From the sequence record ON287370.1: a DNA stretch of 64,000 bases. One strand, given 5' to 3'. Each line of letters begins with the position of its first letter. Position 1 is the first letter of the stretch. The translations under genes were made by a program, and so were the position numbers. A model generated the notes under the pieces. It was not told the DNA's origin. It searched no databases and worked only from the letters and a program-made list of their open reading frames with translations. This document shows, piece by piece, positions 57,610-64,000 of the stretch.

Positions 57610-57897
57610 TTAAGCGATGGTTAGTGTGACAGTATAAAGACCTTCACCGATATTATCAGTGTTTACTTTGATCCCATCAATATGCTGTTCTTTTGTAGCA
57701 GCTAAATTGACTTTCAGAGTTTTAGGTTTTTCACCTGTACGGTTACAATGCACAGACGCGCTGTTATTGTTATTTACAGCTACGCATGGAACTTCAACAA
57801 TTTCCCCAACAAAGAAAATTGAACCATGTAGATTAGCGAATGTAGTGTTAGGTAGAATCAATGTTAATGCAAGTGTAAGTGCTCCCAATTGTTTCAT
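57610..57897 (-). CDS. short fimbrial (type 1 pilin)-like secreted protein
   Basis: Signal peptide ending TFA, then GSIFFVGEIVEVPC (cf. the pilin G.I.F.G.I...PC motif) and a second Cys. AGGAG RBS. Confidence 0.6.
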   Translation of the reverse strand: MKQLGALTLALTLILPNTTFANLHGSIFFVGEIVEVPCVAVNNNNSASVHCNRTGEKPKTLKVNLAATKEQHIDGIKVNTDNIGEGLYTVTLTIA

Positions 57898-57935
57898 AAT
57901 AAGACTCCTTTTGTTTGAGGCAAAGGATCGTCTAC

Positions 57936-58199
57936 TTAGAAATAACGAACATTCCAAGAACCAAAGAAGTATCCATTCTTACACATCACGCCATTTACAG
58001 TTTTACCTGCTTGGTTGATAGCGGTGAACTTATACCCGTATTGTTCATCAGGACATCCCCAGAAACTTAACGTGTCGATAACTACACCACTAAGCCCCTG
58101 ATTTTCTAATACACGATTTTCTTCTTCCCCTGGTGTCCAAAGAAATGCCATAACAGCAATAGTAAAAGCAATCATTAAAATGTATGGAATGGATTTCAT
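57936..58199 (-). CDS. small membrane-anchored protein with two Cys
   Basis: N-terminal TM, then GCPDE..Y.FTA...VNGVMC. Confidence 0.7.
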   Translation of the reverse strand: MKSIPYILMIAFTIAVMAFLWTPGEEENRVLENQGLSGVVIDTLSFWGCPDEQYGYKFTAINQAGKTVNGVMCKNGYFFGSWNVRYF

Positions 58200-58789
58200 T
58201 TTGTTTCCTCAATTAGTTTCAAAAGGATTGGAGAGAAGTCAAACACTTGGTTGAGTGTCTGGGATTCATAACAATGATTTTCCATCTTATCCAAGATGGC
58301 TTGGTTCGCTCGTTCCACCGACTGACCTAAAGTTGAAGGAGAAACTTCACGAGCAGTAGGATTTCTAAATAGATACGTATTATATTCGTAAATCAATCCA
58401 CCGACATTATCACGATAGTGATCGCGCTGGGATTTAATAACCGTTTCCTGCTTATATACTGATTCCAACCAAGGCGTCAGCTCAACTTTCAGTTCTTCTC
58501 CATTTAAGAAGAAAGTAACTGATTCATTTTTAAGTTCAGGTAACCCAGGAAACTCTTCACTTAACTGAGTTAAGCATTTGACCATGTGCTGGTTCATTGC
58601 TTCCAGGTATGCATCTACTCGACCATTTAGCCAAATAGGATCACGTTGGGCTTCATGCATTGCACGGATAATACGAGATGCCAACATCTCAGTAAAATTA
58701 ATATCCCATTCCTTTTGGAAGTGGTTATACATCATCTCCCGTTCTACTTGACTCAACGGCTCGTAATAATAACCAATGATGCTTTTCAT
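58196..58789 (-). CDS. hypothetical protein (first gene of an early operon)
   Basis: 197 aa with an AAGGA RBS, downstream of promoter motif I. Confidence 0.75.
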   Translation of the reverse strand: MKSIIGYYYEPLSQVEREMMYNHFQKEWDINFTEMLASRIIRAMHEAQRDPIWLNGRVDAYLEAMNQHMVKCLTQLSEEFPGLPELKNESVTFFLNGEELKVELTPWLESVYKQETVIKSQRDHYRDNVGGLIYEYNTYLFRNPTAREVSPSTLGQSVERANQAILDKMENHCYESQTLNQVFDFSPILLKLIEETK

Positions 58790-58839
58790 AATTGATCCTT
58801 AAAATTTGTTTACGTAATAACTTACAAGCTATACACGTA

Positions 58840-58857
58840 GATAATATCTACCCAAAA
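58840..58857 (-). promoter_or_regulatory. putative phage early promoter, copy I (TTTTGGGT-AGATATTATC)
   Basis: Core consensus match 51 nt upstream of the ATG at 58789. Confidence 0.55.
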
Positions 58858-59087
58858 GAAAATTGAAGTGAAAGTTCAAAAGACTTAAAAGGATGATTAC
58901 TACGTAATCGCTATATAAACAAATCCACCCTTTCCCTCCCACCTTCCGGTGAAAGCATCTTTAAGTTAACGTATAATAGCGTCTTCCATTAAGAATTTAT
59001 TTTAGGTTATCTTTAAGTTTTTATTCCAACACTAATCATTAGCTAACAGCAAATTCCTGTAAACAAAATTATCTATTGGAGAATATC

Positions 59088-59801
59088 ATGTCCGGTTACT
59101 CAACCTTTAACCAAAACAAAAACAACCAACTTCTGGAACACATGTTCCTGGGTCAGAACGTTAACGTTTCTCGTTACGACCAACAGAAGCATGAGATCTT
59201 TGAGAAACTGATCGAGAAACAACTTTCTTTCTTCTGGCGTCCTGAAGAAGTAGACGTTACTCGTGACCGTATTGACTACATGAACCTGCCAGAACATGAA
59301 AAACATATCTTCATCAGTAACCTGAAATATCAGACACTGCTGGACTCTGTACAGGGTCGTGGTCCTAACGTTGCATTCCTGCCGATCATCTCTATTCCTG
59401 AACTGGAAACATGGGCAGAAACCTGGGGCTTCTCAGAAACGATTCACTCTCGTTCTTATACCCACATCATCCGTAACATCGTTAACGACCCATCCATCGT
59501 ATTCGAAGATGTTGTTGATAACGAACACATCACTCGTCGTGCCGGTACCGTATCTAAGTACTATGATGAATTGATCGGTCTGATCAACCAGTATTACTAC
59601 CTGGGTGAAGGTACACACGTCGTGAATGGTAAACGTGTTGTTGTTACCCTGCGTGAAATTAAGAAAGCTTGCTACCTGTGTCTGCAGTCTGTTAACGCAC
59701 TGGAAGCAATTCGTTTCTACGTATCCTTCGCTTGCTCCTTTGCATTCGCAGAACGTAAGCTGATGGAAGGTAACGCTAAGATCATTAAACTCATCGCCCG
59801 T
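59088..59801 (+). CDS. nrdB: ribonucleotide reductase class Ia beta subunit, exon 1
   Basis: GGAG RBS; [24 protein letters not shown] and EAIRFYVSF motifs. Ends at ...KLIAR, immediately before an in-frame TAA. Confidence 0.95.
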
Positions 59802-60762
59802 TAATTCTAGCGGCTTTAGGGAGCGATCCCTATCGAAGAACACTGTTAATTCAGGGGAAGTCTCACTGAGACAATCCTGAGCTATTTAACTTCTACTTCT
59901 CCATGTTATGTATAATACTTTTAACTGGGGATGAAGTGATGCATTATCCTGTATGGATATCTGAGGATTATTTAGTTTACCCTGATGGAAAAGTATGGTC
60001 TGAACTAAACCATAAGTGGCTTAAGTCTGCTTTGAGTAAAGTTTCCGGCTATCTCATCTTTGGAAAGAATGTGACTAAAGTGGTTGGTGGTTCACCTACA
60101 TTACACCGCATACTAGCACATTGCTTCAAGGGTGGTATTCCAGAAGGAATGACTGTGGACCATCTCGATGGGGACAAACTGAATAATGAATTAGACAATC
60201 TCGAAATCGTCACTCATGCTGAGAACACCAAACGTGCTTACGCAGCTGGACTTGCCAAAGGTAAGAAAGGGTCTGCTAACAGTGGTGCTAAACTCACAGA
60301 GGACGATGCCATTAAAGTGTTCCAGTGTTTACAGAAAGGTTGGTCTAACCATGACATAGCCAAGCTAGTAAACCTGCATCCGAATTACATCTCTTTAATG
60401 AGACACGGTAAACGTTGGAAACATCTCTATGATTTCTACGGGCCATTCGGAGAGTCAATTCCATTTGATAAGTTTGGCGAGAAATACGTCATATACTTGA
60501 AGATGAAAGATACACACACAAACAGAGAGATTGCAAAAGCTGCACACGTTGACCCAAGCACAGTTTCACGCTGGCGTTCTGGGCAAACAAGAAGTTAAGT
60601 AGTGCAACGACTATCCCGCAAGGGAGTAGGGTGTAAGCCAATGGCACTCGAAAAGCAGTGGGTCTCAGTAATGAGATCGTGATATAGTCTGTTCTGCATG
60701 GCGACATGCAGCAGTTCATAAGAGAACGGAGTAAACAGTTGCGCGTTTACTCGAACATAAAG
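59802..60762 (+). mobile_element. group I intron (961 nt) in nrdB
   Basis: The 5' exon ends in U and the intron ends in G. P1 is CCGU|UA-auuc-UAGCGG with a U.G pair at the splice site. Q-like AAUCCUGAGC, P7 GACUAU(60609-14)/AUAGUC(60684-89) and P9 UGCAUG-gcga-CAUGCA are present. Removal restores IAR|DEALH. Confidence 0.92.
59939..60598 (+). CDS. intron-encoded HNH homing endonuclease
   Basis: YLVYPDGKVWS N-terminus, LHRILAHCF..TVDHLDGDKLNNELDNLE HNH motif, and two C-terminal HTH-like segments. Lies between the Q and R core elements. Confidence 0.9.
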   Translation: MHYPVWISEDYLVYPDGKVWSELNHKWLKSALSKVSGYLIFGKNVTKVVGGSPTLHRILAHCFKGGIPEGMTVDHLDGDKLNNELDNLEIVTHAENTKRAYAAGLAKGKKGSANSGAKLTEDDAIKVFQCLQKGWSNHDIAKLVNLHPNYISLMRHGKRWKHLYDFYGPFGESIPFDKFGEKYVIYLKMKDTHTNREIAKAAHVDPSTVSRWRSGQTRS

Positions 60763-61182
60763 GATGAGGCTTTGCACCTTACCGGTACCCAGCATATCCT
60801 GAACCTGATACAATATGGTCAAGATGACCCAGAGATGGTGGAGATTGCTGAAGAGTGCAAACAGCAGTCTATCGACATGTTCCTGGAAGTTGTGGAACAA
60901 GAAAAAGAATGGGCAGCTTACCTGTTTAAAGATGGTTCCATGATCGGTCTGTCTGAAGGGATCCTGTGTCAGTATGTTGAATATATCGCAAACATCCGTA
61001 TGAATGCGATTGGTCTGGGTACCCCATTCCTGACTAAGACTAACCCAATTCCATGGATCAACTCCTGGTTGGTATCTGATAACGTTCAGGTAGCTCCGCA
61101 AGAAGCTGAGATCTCGTCCTACCTGGTAGGTCAGATTGACTCTGCTGTTGATGAAGGTGCTTTTGACGACTTCCAACTGTAA
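60763..61182 (+). CDS. nrdB: ribonucleotide reductase class Ia beta subunit, exon 2
   Basis: [11 protein letters not shown]...[19 protein letters not shown]. The spliced product would be 238+139 = 377 aa. Confidence 0.95.
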   Translation, partial: DEALHLTGTQHILNLIQYGQDDPEMVEIAEECKQQSIDMFLEVVEQEKEWAAYLFKDGSMIGLSEGILCQYVEYIANIRMNAIGLGTPFLTKTNPIPWINSWLVSDNVQVAPQEAEISSYLVGQIDSAVDEGAFDDFQL

Positions 61183-61200
61183 TAAATAAACACATATTAA

Positions 61201-61230
61201 AGAGAGGAGGGCCTTCGGGCTCTCTTCTCT
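61201..61230 (+). terminator. terminator after nrdB
   Basis: agagaggagggcc-ttcg-ggctctcttctct. Confidence 0.65.
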
Positions 61231-61291
61231 ATATGTATGGATCCTATGGTCATACCCTGACTAAATATAACCTTTCCCTCTGGAGGAAGAG

Positions 61292-64000
61292 ATGACTGTA
61301 GTATTAGATGAAAAAGACAAGAACATAAAGGATCCTGTCTGGTTATGTGTTAAGAAAGCCCTTGGTAAACGTTTGGCTGATTTAGAAGCTAATGGTCCAG
61401 CAGATGAGTTGGCGTTAGCTAAAGAACGTTATACTGGTTTAACTTACAAAGATGTATCCATAGAGCCTGCTACTAAAGTTAAGAGTGGTTCTGTTATGGT
61501 CTGCATTGCTGTTCGTAAGACTGGCTTTGCTCGTGTAGACATCGAGATAGAGAAGCAGGATATCTTAGAAATATTTGAAACCTTCAATGTTTCAGTAAAG
61601 AACACTAGCACATTAGAAGAGTTCAAAGCTTTCCTAAATAAAGAAATCCCTGAACCCGGATTCCTGATCAATAGAACAGATACTGAACAACTGGTTATTC
61701 TATTGCCCAATACCGAAAATCTTAAAGCAAATGTTCTTGCATTGTTGGGTAATATCTTCTTCTCTAAAATAACTTGGGATGAGTTCCCTAAGTTAGATGA
61801 AGTTTATAGTGGTAACCTTACTGTTATCGATCCTTCCATTAACGATACAATTATTAAGCTGACTTCACAGAAAGCTTATAATGATGCAGCTAATAAATAC
61901 ACTGTTGATTCTAAAGTGGTTTCGCTAGCTGACGGTAAGATGACTGCGAATATCTACCTGCTGGATAAAGATGGCAATAAAGGAACACCTACTGTTTGGG
62001 TTGTTAATGATCCAACTAAGAGTACCGATCTTCTTAATATCAAGACCACTCAGGAAATCACTGAAAATGGTCAGTGTATGGTAGTGAGCTGGGAATATAA
62101 TACCGATGCTTTAACTGATCGTATTTTTATGGCGCAAGGTATGATGAAGGTTGATGATGAGATCTATTCTTACAATATCAACCATGCGGCACCTAAAGTC
62201 TTGAGACTCTCTGGCGCAGTAAAACAGTTGAGCGAAGATAAAGCTCAAATCACACTTACTTATGAAGACGCAGTAGGAACTCTAGACCTTAATAAAGCTT
62301 ACTTTATTAATGGCGGCGATGAGGAATTGAAAGATGCGGTAGCTACTGACATCACCTCACCCTCTGCTGGCGTTGTTAACTTCACTGGACCTTATGACTA
62401 TAATCCAGAAGCTCCAGCACTTCGCTACTTTACCGGTAATGTGATTCTTAAAGGCGAACTTGATCGTCAAGTTGCATTCAGTACCTTTAATAGCCCAAGC
62501 TGGATTTACAAATTAGTTCCGCCTACTCCTAAAGAAGCTGTGGAATTAAAAGAAGTTAAGAATGTTTTTGATATCGAAAGCAAACTGGTTAACTATGAAG
62601 TTGGGTATAAGTTCCCATCCAACAACAGCGATGTAATTAACCCAACTATCAACATTATAACTAAAGTTGGTGGTGAGGTAGTTGATTACGAGATCGTTAA
62701 CAAAGACCTTAGTCAGAAACAGCTCTTGAAATTCTCAGTTAAGAATGAAGCCCTGGAAACAGGTAATCTATCTTTAGAAACTATAGTAACCTTCTCATTC
62801 CCAGATTACTTGGATGTGGCAGATGCGTCAATCACTATGACGACTGATGTTAAACAACCAGCCATGGAAGTAGAGGTTTCTGATCTTAAGTTAGGTGTCC
62901 TTACTGTAACTGGGAACTACCCTAAAGCTCAAGCTGATAAATGGTCTTATAAAGATATTGCCGGAACTGGGTTTGTACTGGAACCTATCAATGCGACTCC
63001 AGACGGTGAGCACTATACACTGTCATTCCAGTTGAATCCAGATGCACCAACTAAATCTAAGATCTCTGGTGTGTTAGTTAATGGTTCTGATGAGATTGCT
63101 TTCAGTAAAGAAATTGAAAGAAAGAAAATCTTCTTCAATCAGTATAGTGGGTCTAGCACTAGTGCGTCAATGGCTAGTATGGATATAGGTGTATCTGGAG
63201 AGGATACTTCAGCTAAAAACCTTATCTGCGCACCTCACGCTTTGTTGAAATATACTGAGAATGGTGTTAAGAAGACGTTCAATTCAGAAATAAAATCTAC
63301 TAATGCTAGAAATGAGGATATGTATCGCATAACCTTTACGGCACCGCAGTTCTCTGAAGCGGCATTTGTTACCAATAACCTTTGGTTTGATGATAAGAGT
63401 GTTCCTAACTCATCAACCTACATGGATGGGACTTTTGAAGGGTTGATGCCAATGCCAGCAGGCGCTACCGGCATTATTGCAGAACCTGAATCTTTAGATG
63501 CCACAGATGTTAAATTCCAGTTTGATGGTAAGATCAAGTTCTTCTTTAATGACCCTGCTAAAACCCCAGTTACTAAGCCAAGTATTTATGGTGATGTGAA
63601 ACTGAATGGTGTTCCATGGAATAGCGTGAACATAACTGAGGATGATACAGGTTATGGACTTAAGTTCAACCGTTTAGATGAAACTGTTGTTGATACTCTT
63701 CTCATGGAAGGTGTTGGTTCAGCATACGGATATATCGGTTATCCTAAAATCTCCTTTGAACAACGATACGGATATACAGGCGGTAAGCAACTGATCGCTG
63801 AATGGGGGAACATGGTTAAGTATAGTGTTCCTGGAATGTTCAGAGTTATCGATGAGAAAGGAAACACTGTCTATGTCGATAAATGGGAAGTGAAAGGTTT
63901 TGAACCGGGTATCTGGGGTGGGACAGGTCCATTGAAGATCACCAAAGGCGCCCAAGGACTTTATGGTACTGGTAGTCTCGGTATGCATATTAATGGCCTT
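61292..64000 (+). CDS. large beta-strand-rich virion appendage/fibre-like protein, truncated by the window edge (at least 903 aa)
   Basis: My translation: GGAGG RBS, ATG at 61292, no stop through 64000. The N-terminal ~200 aa are homologous to 53215..53820; the rest is T/V/N/D-rich, Ig-like in composition. Absent from the ORF track. Confidence 0.8.
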   Translation, partial: MTVVLDEKDKNIKDPVWLCVKKALGKRLADLEANGPADELALAKERYTGLTYKDVSIEPATKVKSGSVMVCIAVRKTGFARVDIEIEKQDILEIFETFNVSVKNTSTLEEFKAFLNKEIPEPGFLINRTDTEQLVILLPNTENLKANVLALLGNIFFSKITWDEFPKLDEVYSGNLTVIDPSINDTIIKLTSQKAYNDAANKYTVDSKVVSLADGKMTANIYLLDKDGNKGTPTVWVVNDPTKSTDLLNIKTTQEITENGQCMVVSWEYNTDALTDRIFMAQGMMKVDDEIYSYNINHAAPKVLRLSGAVKQLSEDKAQITLTYEDAVGTLDLNKAYFINGGDEELKDAVATDITSPSAGVVNFTGPYDYNPEAPALRYFTGNVILKGELDRQVAFSTFNSPSWIYKLVPPTPKEAVELKEVKNVFDIESKLVNYEVGYKFPSNNSDVINPTINIITKVGGEVVDYEIVNKDLSQKQLLKFSVKNEALETGNLSLETIVTFSFPDYLDVADASITMTTDVKQPAMEVEVSDLKLGVLTVTGNYPKAQADKWSYKDIAGTGFVLEPINATPDGEHYTLSFQLNPDAPTKSKISGVLVNGSDEIAFSKEIERKKIFFNQYSGSSTSASMASMDIGVSGEDTSAKNLICAPHALLKYTENGVKKTFNSEIKSTNARNEDMYRITFTAPQFSEAAFVTNNLWFDDKSVPNSSTYMDGTFEGLMPMPAGATGIIAEPESLDATDVKFQFDGKIKFFFNDPAKTPVTKPSIYGDVKLNGVPWNSVNITEDDTGYGLKFNRLDETVVDTLLMEGVGSAYGYIGYPKISFEQRYGYTGGKQLIAEWGNMVKYSVPGMFRVIDEKGNTVYVDKWEVKGFEPGIWGGTGPLKITKGAQGLYGTGSLGMHINGL

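Noticed and set aside
59802-59804. nrdB as a pseudogene or stop-codon readthrough/recoding case
   Set aside because: The TAA is the first three nt of a recognisable group I intron. All other genes end at standard stops, so there is no sign of an alternative genetic code.
60706-60762. Apparent N-terminus ([19 protein letters not shown]) of a separate 158-aa NrdB-like protein
   Set aside because: These 19 codons are intron sequence (P9 region); NrdB similarity begins exactly at DEALH, after the terminal G.
1-64000. tRNA or rRNA genes
   Set aside because: No cloverleaf with T-loop/D-loop consensus was seen in the short intergenic gaps; a tRNAscan-SE run would be needed to exclude them formally.

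Overview
This is a 64 kb, AT-rich, gene-dense segment of a phiKZ-like jumbo myophage. It is closest in style to the EL/OBP branch: it has a GroEL-like chaperonin, and a PG-binding plus transglycosylase endolysin next to the virion RNAP genes. The nrdB gene is very similar to enterobacterial NrdB, which points to a gammaproteobacterial host. From left to right: (1) small early genes, then the conserved morphogenesis block (prohead protease, gp176/gp177-like proteins, endolysin, virion RNAP beta and beta' pieces, a 2398-aa gp181-like tail protein with a GH19 lysozyme domain, and a gp182-like protein); (2) the RNAP beta C-terminal piece, a UvsX/RecA-like recombinase, head proteins, an SF2 helicase and an apparently catalytically degenerate RNase H-like protein; (3) a long minus-strand accessory region with thymidine kinase, GroEL-like and ClpP-like genes, DHFR, a HAD nucleotidase, a PG-binding/GNAT fusion, ThyA, a metallophosphoesterase and many small membrane or secreted proteins, one of them pilin-like; (4) nrdB split by a 961-nt group I intron carrying an HNH endonuclease; and (5) a beta-rich ORF of at least 903 codons that the ORF track missed and that runs off the right edge. 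Nine copies of an 18-bp putative early-promoter motif and a family of related long hairpins punctuate the window. No tRNAs or CRISPR arrays were seen. Assignments to named phage proteins come from motif recognition and recalled synteny, not from database searches.
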